DNA of 43,064 bases from Campylobacterales bacterium (GCA_038205935.1 JBBRBK010000011.1:1-43064); one strand, 5' to 3'. Counted from the stretch's first letter, positions 19,389 to 31,056 are shown. Numbers and translations are program-made. Notes: generated by a model not told the origin, from the letters alone.

Positions 19389-20452
19389 TTAGCCGCATAG
19401 TTAGCGATAATTGAACCCATTTCACTTGTAGAACAAACTTCTTTTGCATCAAACTGAGCTAAATCTTTTGTACGGTATCCCTCTTTAAGAGCCTGTTTGA
19501 TACCAGCATCGATTCTATCTGCAGCTTTATGTTCACCAAGTGCAAAACGAAGCATCATTGATGCGCTTGCGATCGTAGCGATTGGATTTGAAATTCCCTG
19601 TCCTGCGATATCTGGAGCTGAACCGTGAATCGGTTCATAAACACCTATCTTATTTCCAACAGAAGCTGATGGAAGTAAACCGATTGATCCACAGATCATA
19701 CTTGCTTCATCACTTAAAATATCACCAAAGATATTTCCAGTCAAGATAACATCAAACTGCTTTGGATTACGGACAAGTTGCATCGCTGCATTATCTACAT
19801 ACATGTGAGTGAGTTCGACTTCAGGATACTCTTTTGAGATCTCCGTTACAACATCTCTCCATAATTGAGAAACATCAAGAACATTAGCTTTGTCTACAGA
19901 ACAAACACGTTTATCACGATCCATGGCAATTTTAAAAGCTTGATGTGCGATTCTTGTAATCTCATCACGAGTATACACCATCGTATTCCAGCCTCTATTC
20001 TCATCTCTACCTTTTGGTTCACCAAAATAGATACCGCCGATGAGTTCACGAACGACCATAAGATTAACACCTCTAACAATTTCAGTTTTTAATGAAGATG
20101 CATTTACAAGTTCATCATAAACAGACGCTGGTCGAAGATTCGCATAAACTCCAAGCTCTTTTCTAAATCTTAGAAGTCCGCTTTCTGGACGTTTTTCGCG
20201 TGGAAGATTGTCCCATTTTTCGCCACCAATAGCGCCAAAAAGTACAGCATCACTTGCGAGTGAGCCGATTATTGTTGCTTCAGGAAGTGGATCGCCAATT
20301 GCATCATATGCACAGCCACCCATCAAAAATTCATTATAATTTATCTCAAAATTTTCAACAGAAGCGACCGCATCTAAAACTTTAACAGCTTCATCGATGA
20401 TTTCAGGTCCAATTCCATCGCCTTTGATGAGTGCAATATTATATTTTTTCAT
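19376..20452 (-). CDS. leuB: 3-isopropylmalate dehydrogenase
   Basis: [49 protein letters not shown]. Confidence 0.97.
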   Translation of the reverse strand: MKKYNIALIKGDGIGPEIIDEAVKVLDAVASVENFEINYNEFLMGGCAYDAIGDPLPEATIIGSLASDAVLFGAIGGEKWDNLPREKRPESGLLRFRKELGVYANLRPASVYDELVNASSLKTEIVRGVNLMVVRELIGGIYFGEPKGRDENRGWNTMVYTRDEITRIAHQAFKIAMDRDKRVCSVDKANVLDVSQLWRDVVTEISKEYPEVELTHMYVDNAAMQLVRNPKQFDVILTGNIFGDILSDEASMICGSIGLLPSASVGNKIGVYEPIHGSAPDIAGQGISNPIATIASASMMLRFALGEHKAADRIDAGIKQALKEGYRTKDLAQFDAKEVCSTSEMGSIIANYAAKCKL

Positions 20453-20955
20453 TTTTGTTCTCCTGCTTTAATTTCTTCTTGTGCAAAATTCATTAGTCCA
20501 CCTGAATTTATAAGTTTTTGCATAAACTCAGGAATCGGAGTGAATTTGTATGTTTTTGAAGTTGTTTTATTTGTGATTGTTCCATTGTTCATATCAATAC
20601 TGACAATATCACCCTCTGTAATCTCATTTGCTTCTTTGAGTTCAAATATAGGAAGTCCCATATTAAAAGCATTTCTATAAAAAATACGAGCAAAGGTAGG
20701 AGCAATAATTGCAGCGATTCCCGCAGCTTTAAGGGCGATTGGTGCATGTTCTCGTGATGAGCCACATCCAAAATTTTCATCAGCGACAATAATATCTCCA
20801 ACACTCATTTTATTTACAAAATCAGGATCAGCATCTTCCATAACGTGCTTTGCAAGTTCTGTTGGGTTAGAAGTATTTAGGTATCTTGCAGCGATTATAA
20901 GATCTGTATCTATATCTTTTCCGAATTTCCATATTTTAGCATCAATAGTTTGCAT
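20449..20955 (-). CDS. leuD: 3-isopropylmalate dehydratase small subunit
   Basis: [39 protein letters not shown]. Confidence 0.95.
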   Translation of the reverse strand: MQTIDAKIWKFGKDIDTDLIIAARYLNTSNPTELAKHVMEDADPDFVNKMSVGDIIVADENFGCGSSREHAPIALKAAGIAAIIAPTFARIFYRNAFNMGLPIFELKEANEITEGDIVSIDMNNGTITNKTTSKTYKFTPIPEFMQKLINSGGLMNFAQEEIKAGEQK

Positions 20956-21028
20956 ATATTTTCCTGTATGTTTAAAAATGGTTGTGATTATAGCTAAATG
21001 CAGATTGTAGAAATATAAAATAAAAATT

Positions 21029-21060
21029 AATAGGTTAATATTTATTCATATCAACCTATT
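21029..21060 (-). terminator. Probable intrinsic terminator of flgFG
   Basis: Minus strand AATAGGTTGATAT-GAATAA-ATATTAACCTATT followed by T-rich sequence, just after the flgG stop. Confidence 0.55.
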
Positions 21061-21070
21061 TTAAGCTAGT

Positions 21071-21859
21071 TTAACGTTTTAAACTATTAACTGTTTGTAG
21101 CATTTCATCACTCGTTGTGATAATTTTTGAGTTTGAGTCATATGCTCTCTGCCCAGTAATGAGATCTGTAAGTTCAACGACAAGCTGAACATTACTCATC
21201 TCAACAAATCCTTGTCTAATATTTCCAAGTCCATCGATTCCCGGTGTTCCCTCAACAGGTTGACCTGAGCTATCCGTTTCTATATATAAATTATCCCCCA
21301 TAGAATGTAGACCAGCTGGATTGATAAAGTTTGTGAGATTGACCTGCCCTACTTGCGTTGCTTGTGCTTGTCCAGGCTGAGTAACTGTCACTGTTCCATC
21401 TACTCCAATGGTTACATTAGTTGCATCTGCAGGAAGAACGATTTGTGGAGTAAGCGGATAACCGTCAGAATTAACGATAGTACCATTTTCATCCACTTTG
21501 AAAGCACCATTTTTAGTATAAGCATCGCTTCCATCAGGAAGTTGAACTTTGAAAAAACCGCGTCCTGTAATAGCCATATCGAGTTGGTTATCTGTTTGTT
21601 TTAGATTTCCCTCAGTAAATATTTTATTTGTTGCTGTAGGACGCACACCAAGACCCACTTCAATACCTGTTGGAGATTTTGTGGTATCACTTGTAGATGT
21701 TCCCGCATATTCCATAGTTTTATACATCAAATCCGCAAACTCAGCGCGAGATTTTTTAAAGCCTATTGTATTGACGTTGGCGATATTATTTGCTGTCGTA
21801 TCTATTTGAGTTTGCATTCCGAGCATTCCCGTTGATCCGATATAAAGTGATTGCATCAT
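21071..21859 (-). CDS. flgG: Flagellar basal-body distal rod protein
   Basis: ANNIANVNTIGFKKSRAEFADLMY, GIEVGLG, EMSNV, QRAYDSNSK. Confidence 0.95.
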   Translation of the reverse strand: MMQSLYIGSTGMLGMQTQIDTTANNIANVNTIGFKKSRAEFADLMYKTMEYAGTSTSDTTKSPTGIEVGLGVRPTATNKIFTEGNLKQTDNQLDMAITGRGFFKVQLPDGSDAYTKNGAFKVDENGTIVNSDGYPLTPQIVLPADATNVTIGVDGTVTVTQPGQAQATQVGQVNLTNFINPAGLHSMGDNLYIETDSSGQPVEGTPGIDGLGNIRQGFVEMSNVQLVVELTDLITGQRAYDSNSKIITTSDEMLQTVNSLKR

Positions 21860-21870
21860 AGTTTTATCCT

Positions 21871-22683
21871 TTAGGCTTTAGTAACTGCTAATTTGTTTAT
21901 TGCATCAGAGTTGAGATCATTCATTTGTGTATCCATAACCTTTTGATACATTCCGACCAATCTGTTTGATTCAATCATTTTAACCATCATATCAACTGCA
22001 TTGACATTGCTTTTTTCTATAAATCCCTGTTTTACAGAACCTGTTTCAGCCTGAGCTTTTAAAGGATCAGTCTGATCATAGCCATAGAGATTACTTCCCT
22101 CTTTTTGCAATGCTCTTAAGTTGTCAGGTGCGGCAATATATAAATTTTTTCCATTTACAAACTTCACGCCGCCTGGAGTGTTGACCGACATTTTTCCATT
22201 TGCATCAGTCTGCATGATTGCAGCTTTTGGATCGACAGAGATTGGTTTTCCATCACTTCCAAGAACATCAAATCCTTCTTTTGTAATTAGTTTTCCATCA
22301 TTGCCGACAGTAAAACTTCCATCACGTGTCAAACGCATTCCATTTGGTGTTTGAACTGCGAAAAAAAGTCCCTCTTTTGAGAGAGCAAAATCAAGAGGAT
22401 TATCTGTTTTTTGTATATTTCCAAGAGATTGATCGGTATAAGAGTCCACAATTTGAGGAGCGCGATCTAATGTTCTATTTAAAAATTTTGCTGCATCTTT
22501 TGTATTTGTTGCATTTGGTAAATTATCTCTTGCTTCTTTATAGAGTCGCATGAAATCACCGGTTACAAGATTATCTTGTTTATATCCCGCTGTGTTTACG
22601 TTAGCTAGATTATTTGCAATAGTCTCAAGACGGTTAAACTGTGTAACCATTCCGGCAGCTGCGTTATAATACCCTGCTTGCAT
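21871..22683 (-). CDS. flgF: Flagellar basal-body rod protein FlgF (FlgG2)
   Basis: ANNLANVNTAGYK, TDNPLDFAL, LTRDGSF, IEKSNVN; immediately upstream of flgG. Confidence 0.85.
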   Translation of the reverse strand: MQAGYYNAAAGMVTQFNRLETIANNLANVNTAGYKQDNLVTGDFMRLYKEARDNLPNATNTKDAAKFLNRTLDRAPQIVDSYTDQSLGNIQKTDNPLDFALSKEGLFFAVQTPNGMRLTRDGSFTVGNDGKLITKEGFDVLGSDGKPISVDPKAAIMQTDANGKMSVNTPGGVKFVNGKNLYIAAPDNLRALQKEGSNLYGYDQTDPLKAQAETGSVKQGFIEKSNVNAVDMMVKMIESNRLVGMYQKVMDTQMNDLNSDAINKLAVTKA

Positions 22684-22715
22684 TCCATCATCCTTCTACT
22701 CATTTTTTGTTAATC

Positions 22716-22732
22716 AGCATTTAGTGTTCCAA
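22716..22732 (-). promoter_or_regulatory. sigma54 promoter of flgFG
   Basis: Minus strand TTGGAACACTAAATGCT = GG-N10-GC, matching the Campylobacterota TTGGAAC...GCT style; about 30 nt upstream of flgF. Confidence 0.8.
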
Positions 22733-22837
22733 TTTTGTTTTAAAGGAGATATCTTTACATGTAAGTTATTTTTTAATAAAATTTGGGTATAATCCATTCC
22801 TTTTAAAAAGAGACAAGAAACTTCGGAGCATTTTCAT

Positions 22838-24712
22838 ATGACTGCAAAAGAACTTACCAAAGCACTAGAAGATTTATTTATTGAAAAAAAATCTACTCAT
22901 GAATGTGTAACATACGAATCAATAATTCACTTGTTAGAAAAACAGCCGACATCAACTCAGGCAAAAAATATCTACAAGCTAGCAACAAAACACAATAAGT
23001 GCTTATACACCTCCTCTGAACATGCAAAAATGCTCAATGACAGAGAAGCAGAGGCAAAAAGAAACGCTCAGATAAAAATGCTTGAAGATAATGAATCTGA
23101 TAAGTTTGATATCTTAAAAGAGCATGAACTCCTCGAATGGTCTCGTTCAGATTCTCCTGTTAGGATGTATCTTCGTGAAATGGGACAGATTCCTCTTTTA
23201 ACGAAAGATGAAGAGATAGAAATTTCAAAAAAAATAGAATCAGGTGAAAGTATCATTATTGACGCTATCTGTTCGGTTCCTTATCTTATTGATTTTATTC
23301 TTGATTATAAAGATCCTCTTATCAACCGTGAGAGACGTGTGAAAGAACTTTTCAAAAGTTTTGAAGATGAAAAAGAGGAAGATGATTCTGAGGATGATTC
23401 AGATACTGAAGAGATAGATGACAGTGAAGATGAAAGTGCGGAAAAAGTTTTTTCTGCAAAAGATAAAAAACGTGTAGAAAAAGTTGTTACAAGCTTTAAA
23501 GCTTTAGAAAAAGCGAAAAAAGAGTGGGTAAAATCAGCAGATAAAGCATTAGAAACTTATAATGATGAGATTACAGAAGATCTTGTTATGTTGATGCTGA
23601 CAGCAACGTTTAAAAAGTTACTCTTAAAAGAGAAACTTTTAGATCTTGGACCAACTTCTAAGCTTATCAACGAACTTGTAAAATCTATGGAAACAGCACT
23701 TAAAAGTGATGAAGGTTTTGATAAAGAACTCAGACGCCTTGAGTATAAACTTCCACTTTTTAATGATACCCTCAAAGATAACCATAAAAAAATTGTAGAA
23801 CAAATTTGTGATCTTACAAAAGAGGATATCACAGGGATGGTTCCTGAAGCTACAATGGTTTCAACTTATGTTGAGATCAAAAAGCTTATCCAGACAAAAG
23901 AAGCATCAAAAGACAGCTTCAACATGGAACCAGATAAACTTGCAGATATTTTAGAACAAATCAAACGTGGTAAAAATATTTCAGAAATCTCAAAAACTCG
24001 TATGGCAAAATCGAACCTTCGCCTTGTTGTTTCGATTGCAAAACGCTATACAAATAGAGGTTTACCATTCCTTGACTTAATTCAAGAAGGCAACATCGGT
24101 CTTATGAAAGCTGTTGACAAGTTTGAGTATAAAAAAGGTTATAAATTCTCGACTTATGCAACATGGTGGATTCGTCAGGCAATATCACGCGCTATCGCTG
24201 ATCAAGCAAGAACGATTCGTATTCCAATACATATGATTGAAACAATCAACCGTATCAACAAGATCATGCGTAAACACCTTCAAGAGCATGGAAAAGAGCC
24301 GGATGTTGAAGTAATCGCATTGGAAGTTGGTCTCTCGGTTGAAAAAGTTAAAAATGTTATCAAAATAACAAAAGAACCAATCTCTCTTGAAGCACCTATC
24401 GGAAATGAAGATGATGGACGTTTTGGAGATTTTATTGAAGATAAAACATCTCTTTCTCCATCTGATGTTACTCTTAAAGATGACCTTCGTGTTCAAATCG
24501 AAAGTGTCCTTGAACAGTTAAATGAGCGTGAAAAAGCGGTTATAAAACTTCGTTTTGGAATTATGGATGATGAAAGCGATAGAACTTTAGAAGAGATTGG
24601 TAAAGAGTTAAATGTTACTCGTGAACGTGTTCGCCAGATAGAATCAAGTGCGATTAAAAAGCTAAAACACCCTAAAGTCGGGCGTAAACTTAAAAATTAT
24701 ATCGAAGAATAA
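22838..24712 (+). CDS. rpoD: RNA polymerase primary sigma factor
   Basis: [60 protein letters not shown] at 22788-22793. Confidence 0.98.
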   Translation: MTAKELTKALEDLFIEKKSTHECVTYESIIHLLEKQPTSTQAKNIYKLATKHNKCLYTSSEHAKMLNDREAEAKRNAQIKMLEDNESDKFDILKEHELLEWSRSDSPVRMYLREMGQIPLLTKDEEIEISKKIESGESIIIDAICSVPYLIDFILDYKDPLINRERRVKELFKSFEDEKEEDDSEDDSDTEEIDDSEDESAEKVFSAKDKKRVEKVVTSFKALEKAKKEWVKSADKALETYNDEITEDLVMLMLTATFKKLLLKEKLLDLGPTSKLINELVKSMETALKSDEGFDKELRRLEYKLPLFNDTLKDNHKKIVEQICDLTKEDITGMVPEATMVSTYVEIKKLIQTKEASKDSFNMEPDKLADILEQIKRGKNISEISKTRMAKSNLRLVVSIAKRYTNRGLPFLDLIQEGNIGLMKAVDKFEYKKGYKFSTYATWWIRQAISRAIADQARTIRIPIHMIETINRINKIMRKHLQEHGKEPDVEVIALEVGLSVEKVKNVIKITKEPISLEAPIGNEDDGRFGDFIEDKTSLSPSDVTLKDDLRVQIESVLEQLNEREKAVIKLRFGIMDDESDRTLEEIGKELNVTRERVRQIESSAIKKLKHPKVGRKLKNYIEE

Positions 24713-25401
24713 TGACATTCGAGCAACAATGGATTGAATACGATTTCAATCCGTTCATTCTTTTTGATGCATCGGGAAAAATTCTCTCACTCAACTCTGA
24801 GGCGCAGTTTTTACTTGGCGCTTCAAATGCTTCCACCCTTTTTGAAATAGCAACACATCATGCAAGCCAAAACTTCGGATTTAAGACTACATTTATGGAT
24901 CTTGAATTTGGAAGATATAAGTTTTTTGGTATCACTGTCGGTTATGAAGATGAAAACGAACTTGGAATTCGTCTCTATCAAGTTCCCTCTTACCACTTTT
25001 CAAAACCTAAAATAGACAGCGGAGAGATGGTAAATGTTTATACACTTATAGACTTGTGTATAAGTAGTAACTCTATTAACTCAAATGCAAAATTTTTAAA
25101 AGACCTCGATCCTTCTATTCCAGATATCAGGCTTAATACAAATCTATTTGTAAAACTACTCAATAGAATCTACTCTGCATGTATACTAAATGAGCAGATT
25201 ACGACAAAACTCTTCTTCCGTATCGGTGAGCATATTAAATTTGATGATAAGAAGTATTCACTATTTTCTATCGTTATTAGTGCATCACAAATTGATAAGT
25301 CAAAATTTTCTGCAATTACACAATTAGCGGATGAAAACAGTGTTTCAGTAGAACTCAAAGAGAGTAAAATCTCTTTAAATATTCCACTTATTACTGCTTA
25401 G
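24712..25401 (+). CDS. Hypothetical protein (possible PAS-like N-terminus and degenerate HATPase-like C-terminus)
   Basis: 229-aa ORF coupled to the rpoD stop; PFILFDASGKILSLNSEAQFLL looks PAS-like. Confidence 0.7.
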   Translation: MTFEQQWIEYDFNPFILFDASGKILSLNSEAQFLLGASNASTLFEIATHHASQNFGFKTTFMDLEFGRYKFFGITVGYEDENELGIRLYQVPSYHFSKPKIDSGEMVNVYTLIDLCISSNSINSNAKFLKDLDPSIPDIRLNTNLFVKLLNRIYSACILNEQITTKLFFRIGEHIKFDDKKYSLFSIVISASQIDKSKFSAITQLADENSVSVELKESKISLNIPLITA

Positions 25402-25888
25402 GAAGAAAAATACTTTTACCTATCAAATAACCTACCAGTAAGCCTAAAGATAAAAAAAGTAGGTAAGGTAGAAGTTCTAAGTGGTGATTGTTTTTTAATC
25501 CGATAAAACCAGCTACCAAAAAGAGATAAGGCAATATCCTAAATAGTGAAACAGTCGCGCGTGAAGTTGTTTTGATATTTTTAAGATTACTTGTTTTTGT
25601 CTGCTTTTTTTCTTCAGCAACAACAGCTTGTAACTCTTGAATCGTTTGTTCTTCATAGAGTCCATGTGGATCGTCTAACTTATCCAGTTCATCTCTCTCA
25701 TCATCTATAAAAACTTCATTTTCTACTCTTATTTGGACTAAATTTTTATAAGAATACATCGAACCAAGAAGGACAAAAAATGAGCTTAAAAATGCAACTT
25801 GAGCATTGAGAAAAAAGCTGTAAGAAACAATATTTGTAGCGACAATAAACAGTTCCACGCCAAGAAATATTTTAATATTTTTTTGCAC
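25391..25888 (-). CDS. Integral membrane hypothetical protein
   Basis: About four hydrophobic segments around an acidic DKLDDPHGLY loop; start re-assigned to GTG 25888 (GAGGA RBS). Confidence 0.7.
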   Translation of the reverse strand: MQKNIKIFLGVELFIVATNIVSYSFFLNAQVAFLSSFFVLLGSMYSYKNLVQIRVENEVFIDDERDELDKLDDPHGLYEEQTIQELQAVVAEEKKQTKTSNLKNIKTTSRATVSLFRILPYLFLVAGFIGLKNNHHLELLPYLLFLSLGLLVGYLIGKSIFLPKQ

Positions 25889-26195
25889 CGAAATCCTCTT
25901 CATCATCATCTTCTGCTTCTTTTTCAAGATCTCTTTTGTACTTATAACGCGGTTCTTCGGCTAGTTTTTCATACTCTTTAAACTGTTTAGAGTAAGCCTT
26001 GTATACATTTAAAACTGCAGCGGCAATCCCGATAAACACACCAATCCAAAGCAACCAAGCGTGACCAAAAAGATGTTTTAAACCAAGACCGATTCCTACA
26101 CCAATAAGTACGGCTACTACCATAGAGATGCCAAGAGATAAACTCTCAGCACCCTCGATGATAGGCTTTAAACGCGGTTCTCTTTCTTCACTCAT
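25872..26195 (-). CDS. AtpZ/AtpI family membrane protein
   Basis: [18 protein letters not shown]...[14 protein letters not shown]: two Gly-rich TM helices; downstream of hemL as in Campylobacter. Confidence 0.8.
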   Translation of the reverse strand: MSEEREPRLKPIIEGAESLSLGISMVVAVLIGVGIGLGLKHLFGHAWLLWIGVFIGIAAAVLNVYKAYSKQFKEYEKLAEEPRYKYKRDLEKEAEDDDEEDFGAKKY

Positions 26196-27478
26196 TTGAT
26201 ACGTCCAAAAACACGCTCAGCGGCTTTTATGGTCTCTTCAATCATTGCATCAGTTGTAGCAGTGGAGATAAATCCTGTCTCAAACTGAGAACAAGCAAAG
26301 TAATAACCCTCATCAAGCATTCCAGCATGAAATTTTGCAAACATTGCAGTATCAGACATAAGAGCATCAGAAAAATTTTTCACTGGTTTGTCGTTGAAAA
26401 AGAATCCAAACATTGAGCCTCTTGAATCAACTTGTAAAGATATGCCATGTTTTTGTGCCATCTCTTTCATACCATCAACCAAGCGAGCAGCCCTACCATG
26501 TAAGACATCCATTACTCTTGCATGAGCTTTTAGTTTTTTAAGAGCTGCAAGCCCTGCTGCCATAGCAACTGGATTTCCGCTAAGTGTTCCAGCTTGATAC
26601 ACAGGCCCCTCAGGTGAGAGTTTTGCCATGATCTCTGCGCGTCCGCCAAAAGCACCCACAGGCATACCGCCACCTATAACTTTGCCTAAAGTAACGATAT
26701 CTGGTTTTACGCCCGTAATCGACTCTGCACCAAAGATAGAAGCGCGAAATCCGCTCATGACTTCATCAAAAATGAGCAATGCACCATTTTCATCACATAA
26801 TTTTCCGAGTTCTGCCAAAAACTCTTTATCTGCAGGAACAAGTCCCATATTGCCAGCTATCGGCTCGATGATAACACAGGCAATATCTTTAGAATCTGCA
26901 AAACATTTTTTGACACTCTCTATATCATTGTAAATAGCAAGTAAGGTGTGTTTTGTAAAATCAGCCGGAACACCTGGAGAACTTGGGTTTCCAAAAGTTG
27001 CCGCACCACTTCCAGCTTGAACTAAAAGAGAATCACTATGTCCGTGGTAACAGCCTGTAAATTTGACGATATCATCACGCTCAGTAAATCCGCGTGCAAG
27101 GCGGATAGCGCTCATAACAGCTTCAGTTCCACTGCTTACAAAACGTACTTTATCGATAGACTCAAAAAAGTTTGTGACCATAGATGCAAGTTCAGTTTCT
27201 GCCTCAGTTGGAGCACCAAAACTCAGACCATGCTTTACCGCTTCTATTACGGCGCTTTCTATCTCTTCATTTCTATGACCAAATATTAACGGTCCCCAGC
27301 TTTGTACATAATCTACATATTTGTTTCCATCGATATCGATGATATAAGCGCCCTCACCTGATGCGATGAAACGTGGAATCCCGCCAACACTAGCAAATGC
27401 ACGAACAGGAGAATTCACGCCTCCAGGGATAAGTTTTTGTGCTTCTTCAAATGCTTTTACAGACTTTTCTATACTCAT
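26192..27478 (-). CDS. hemL: Glutamate-1-semialdehyde 2,1-aminomutase
   Basis: [62 protein letters not shown]. Confidence 0.97.
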   Translation of the reverse strand: MSIEKSVKAFEEAQKLIPGGVNSPVRAFASVGGIPRFIASGEGAYIIDIDGNKYVDYVQSWGPLIFGHRNEEIESAVIEAVKHGLSFGAPTEAETELASMVTNFFESIDKVRFVSSGTEAVMSAIRLARGFTERDDIVKFTGCYHGHSDSLLVQAGSGAATFGNPSSPGVPADFTKHTLLAIYNDIESVKKCFADSKDIACVIIEPIAGNMGLVPADKEFLAELGKLCDENGALLIFDEVMSGFRASIFGAESITGVKPDIVTLGKVIGGGMPVGAFGGRAEIMAKLSPEGPVYQAGTLSGNPVAMAAGLAALKKLKAHARVMDVLHGRAARLVDGMKEMAQKHGISLQVDSRGSMFGFFFNDKPVKNFSDALMSDTAMFAKFHAGMLDEGYYFACSQFETGFISTATTDAMIEETIKAAERVFGRIK

Positions 27479-27575
27479 AAAATAAAATCCTGACCTTCTG
27501 TGTTTTTGTTATTATAACCAATCATCTATTAATGCATCTTTGCTATAATGACGCAAATTATCACTAGGGCCCTAT

Positions 27576-28454
27576 TTGAACCGTTCTACAGCAGCATTTT
27601 TAATAGCATTATTGTTCCATCTTTTACTACTTCTTATGGTAATTTTGTTTGCAAAAGATTTTAAAATCATCAAAGATAGCCAGCCTCATGAAAAACGTAT
27701 GAAAATCTCACTCAAAGAACTTCCTAAAACTCCAAAAAAAGAGGAAGTCGGCGTAAAAAAAACCATTCCAAAACCAGAAATTATGCCACCGACACATAAT
27801 CCTCTTGTACAAAAACCATTACAGAAGGTTGTTTCTAAACCTGCAGAACAGCCATTTCATCAGACAACTATCAATAAACCTGAACCTGTTGTGCAAAAAT
27901 CCACCCCTGCCGTGCAGACAACGCCACAAAGTAAGTCCTATATAACGCCACCAAAAACAGTGGATATAATAACTAAAAGTACAACAGTACAAGTTCCAAA
28001 AGAGCATGCGAAACTCTATAAATTTCTTTCTCAAGAAAATGTAAACCAAAAAGATGATGCAAATGATAATAAATCTTCAAGTCAAAGAGGTTCTCAGCTA
28101 GATCAAAATGTTAAAGAACTTTATGGTGCGAAGTTTGCCCAGCTTAGCCCTGGCGAGCAAAAATATATAGAAGACAATATGGAGACAATGCGAAAGATTA
28201 CTCAGGAGATCTTAAACAGAGTCGGTAGAGTCAATATTCCTGATAATTTGCGAGTAAACAGTATTAATATTATAGAATTTTATCTTCATCCAAACGGTGA
28301 TATGACAGATTTCAAATTTTTGAAAAATAGTAATTATTATATTCTTGACGACACAACAAGAGAAACGATAGAATATGCCTACAGTAAGTATCCAAGACCG
28401 CAGCAAAAGACACTTATACGTTATAAAGTTTATTATAATTTAAAAGGATACTGA
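27576..28454 (+). CDS. TonB-like energy transducer
   Basis: N-terminal TM with His, Pro/Lys-rich linker, TonB_C-like end (EFYLHPNG...ILDD...YPRP); extended -10 TGCTATAAT at 27541-27549. Confidence 0.7.
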   Translation: MNRSTAAFLIALLFHLLLLLMVILFAKDFKIIKDSQPHEKRMKISLKELPKTPKKEEVGVKKTIPKPEIMPPTHNPLVQKPLQKVVSKPAEQPFHQTTINKPEPVVQKSTPAVQTTPQSKSYITPPKTVDIITKSTTVQVPKEHAKLYKFLSQENVNQKDDANDNKSSSQRGSQLDQNVKELYGAKFAQLSPGEQKYIEDNMETMRKITQEILNRVGRVNIPDNLRVNSINIIEFYLHPNGDMTDFKFLKNSNYYILDDTTRETIEYAYSKYPRPQQKTLIRYKVYYNLKGY

Positions 28455-29809
28455 TGAAACAGAAACTTGTAAGACTCTACCACCCATGGGAAAGGTTTTT
28501 TAGAAAAACTATCTATTCTCCATTTGAAGCATTTCTACATGCACAAATGACAAATGGTCTTATCTTGATGCTATTTACTCTTATAGCGCTCATCTGGGTA
28601 AACTCTCCTTGGAGTGGATTGTATGAACATTTATTGCATACAAATATGGCTTTTTCCCTCGGTTCTTTTTCTATGGACTATAGTCTTCATTTTTGGGTCA
28701 ACGATGGACTTATGACAATATTTTTCTTTCAAGTTGGACTGGAGATCAAGCGTGAGATACTTGTAGGTGAGCTTTCTGATTTTAAAGTAGCTATTTTGCC
28801 TATTTTAGCCGCTATAGGTGGGATGATTTTTCCTGCTTTGCTCTTTTATGCTATTGCAAAGGAAACAGCTGGTGCTAATGGTTGGGGTATTCCAATGGCC
28901 ACAGACATCGCCTTTGCTGTCAGTGTTGTTATTTTACTTGGTAAACGGATCTCTCCTGCACTTGTAACTTTTCTAGTTGCTCTTGCAATCGTAGATGATT
29001 TAGGTGCAGTTTCCGTTATTGCTATTTTTTATACAGCAAAAATACATATAGTTTCTCTTGTGATCGCTTTAAGCTTGTGGGCTCTTCTAATCGTTATAAA
29101 TCGTTTTGGTATAAGATCAGCACTGCCTTATTCTATCATAGGTGTTTTTGTATGGTTTTTCACTTTAGAATCAGGTGTACATGCGACCATTGCAGGTATT
29201 TTAGTAGCTATGACTATCCCTTCTCTACCAAGAAATAATCCACAATTTTTCTCCAAACCGATGCAAGAACTTTTAGATGGCTTTGAAGAAAATCCTATTG
29301 AGAAAAATTTTGCACTTAATGACAAACAAAAAAGAATAGTACGCGGAATGAGAAATCAGGTTGAGGGTGTTGAGGCTCCACTTAATAGATATGAAGATGG
29401 ACTTCATCTTCCAATTGGAATTTTGATTATTCCTATTTTTGCTCTTATCAACGCGGGACTTCCTATTGATTTTTCTTCACTTGATGCTTTATTATTAGAG
29501 AAAGTGAGTCTTGGAGTTATCTTCGGTCTTGTTCTTGGAAAGATGCTCGGTATCTTTGGAGCTTCTTATATTGCTATAAAATTAGGTCTTGCAAAACTGC
29601 CTGAAGACACAAGTATGAGCCAACTTTTTGGAGTTTCATTTTTGGGAGGGATCGGTTTTACCATGAGTATTTTTGTCGCTGATCTTGCCTATTCAGATAA
29701 TCCAGAACTCCTTATCCAGTCAAAAACCGCGGTTCTTGTTGCTTCACTCATCGCAGGTTTTACAGGTTATATCTGGTTACGATTTATCGCTTCATCCAAG
29801 TCTGCTTAA
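28454..29809 (+). CDS. nhaA: Na+/H+ antiporter
   Basis: WVNDGLM.IFF..VGLEIKRE, GWGIPMATDIAFA, ALAIVDDLGA, SGVHAT, GIGFTMSIF. Confidence 0.95.
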   Translation: MKQKLVRLYHPWERFFRKTIYSPFEAFLHAQMTNGLILMLFTLIALIWVNSPWSGLYEHLLHTNMAFSLGSFSMDYSLHFWVNDGLMTIFFFQVGLEIKREILVGELSDFKVAILPILAAIGGMIFPALLFYAIAKETAGANGWGIPMATDIAFAVSVVILLGKRISPALVTFLVALAIVDDLGAVSVIAIFYTAKIHIVSLVIALSLWALLIVINRFGIRSALPYSIIGVFVWFFTLESGVHATIAGILVAMTIPSLPRNNPQFFSKPMQELLDGFEENPIEKNFALNDKQKRIVRGMRNQVEGVEAPLNRYEDGLHLPIGILIIPIFALINAGLPIDFSSLDALLLEKVSLGVIFGLVLGKMLGIFGASYIAIKLGLAKLPEDTSMSQLFGVSFLGGIGFTMSIFVADLAYSDNPELLIQSKTAVLVASLIAGFTGYIWLRFIASSKSA

Positions 29810-30727
29810 AATAGACAGAGCACCTTTATAGATAGGCTCATCTATAAAGCCGTACTCTTCATCCACAAAGCCGCTGATACCGAGCTCTTGATGCATTTCA
29901 AAGAGTTTAACAATGACTTTTGCACGTTCTAATTCTGCTACTTCATCTTTAAAAACTTCATTGACAAGAGTCACTTGTGATGGAGAGATACACCCTTTTG
30001 CATCAAATCCCATACTCTTTTCAAGTTCAAGCCACAATCTAAAATCATCTAAGTTTTTAAAATCCTGATACACAAAAGAAACAGGCTTTACATGTAAGGC
30101 CTTACATGTAACAAGAAAATGGCTTAAAATATAAAGCATTGTTGGATTATCTCGTTTGATTTGGCTTTGCGAAATGCGCATATCTGCAAACAAATCCAAG
30201 ATACCAAGATAAAATGTTTTGACTCTTTTGTCTACTTTTAAAGAACCGAGATTTGCCCAAGCCTCACAGGTTTCTATGGAAAGATGCAGTTCGATCTCTT
30301 CATCTAGCAGATGTAAGATATTGTTGACCTCTTTTGGTGTACGTATCTTTGGTACACGAATGGCATCAGGTTTAAACTGATTGAGATAAGTTATCTCATC
30401 ATATCCACCCTCATCCAGAGCATTGACACGAACGACAAGCTTTTTCCCACACTCTTTATAATGTGTTAAAAAAATTGCACATAGTGCAAGAGCAAAGGGT
30501 TTTTTCTCCTTTGAAACACCATCTTCAAGGTTGAGCATGATGCACTCAGCTTCAAGAGAAGGAATCTTGATGAGATGCTTCAAGTTATGGGCTGAGAGCA
30601 TTAAAATAGAGCGGTAATCATCTCTTTTATTTATAACTCTTTGTAGCGGAATTGCAAGAGCATCAAGACGTGAAAGATTTTTTTGTGCTAAAGCTTCTTC
30701 TATCTCTTGAAGTGGAAATTCCCTCAC
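29792..30727 (-). CDS. HpcH/HpaI aldolase / CitE-like CoA-ester lyase
   Basis: NLEDGV, VRVN, VPKI, SIET, GFDAKGCISPSQV motifs. Confidence 0.85.
   Translation of the reverse strand: MREFPLQEIEEALAQKNLSRLDALAIPLQRVINKRDDYRSILMLSAHNLKHLIKIPSLEAECIMLNLEDGVSKEKKPFALALCAIFLTHYKECGKKLVVRVNALDEGGYDEITYLNQFKPDAIRVPKIRTPKEVNNILHLLDEEIELHLSIETCEAWANLGSLKVDKRVKTFYLGILDLFADMRISQSQIKRDNPTMLYILSHFLVTCKALHVKPVSFVYQDFKNLDDFRLWLELEKSMGFDAKGCISPSQVTLVNEVFKDEVAELERAKVIVKLFEMHQELGISGFVDEEYGFIDEPIYKGALSILSRLG
30086..30112. repeat. Tandem pair of the palindrome inside the CitE-like CDS
   Basis: CTTTACATGTAAGGCCTTACATGTAAC, encoding VTCKALHVK on the minus strand. Confidence 0.85.
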
Positions 30728-31056
30728 TGTTTTTTTACTTTATGCAGATATCTGTAAAGCGCTTCAATCTCATCTTTTGTTAAAAAGTATCTTGGCATTC
30801 CAGTAATTCTCGTATCGAGTGCTTCATAAAAATCTTTAAAGCCAATATCTGTAATGTCAGAACCGCCATAATTCTTCATCACCCCTTTTTGCTCATATTT
30901 TGCAACGAGCTTTCCTTTTCCACTATCGCCATGGCAATTGTTACAGCCGATGCCTCTTGGGTTTTTATAAAGTGAGGAAGCATACTCTTCATCAGTGATG
31001 AAAGATGTTGCAGCAGATAGATAAGTACATACCATTAACAGGAGAAATAGTTTCAT
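30724..31056 (-). CDS. Monoheme c-type cytochrome
   Basis: Signal peptide, CNNCH heme motif, distal MP. Confidence 0.85.
   Translation of the reverse strand: MKLFLLLMVCTYLSAATSFITDEEYASSLYKNPRGIGCNNCHGDSGKGKLVAKYEQKGVMKNYGGSDITDIGFKDFYEALDTRITGMPRYFLTKDEIEALYRYLHKVKKQ

Noticed and set aside
26465..26515. Near-matches to the palindrome (CCATGTAAG at 26496; TCATGTAAG at 39490; TACATGTG at 19800; TACATGTT at 41705)
   Set aside because: Mismatch in the core; left out of the count because they cannot be told from background without a null model.
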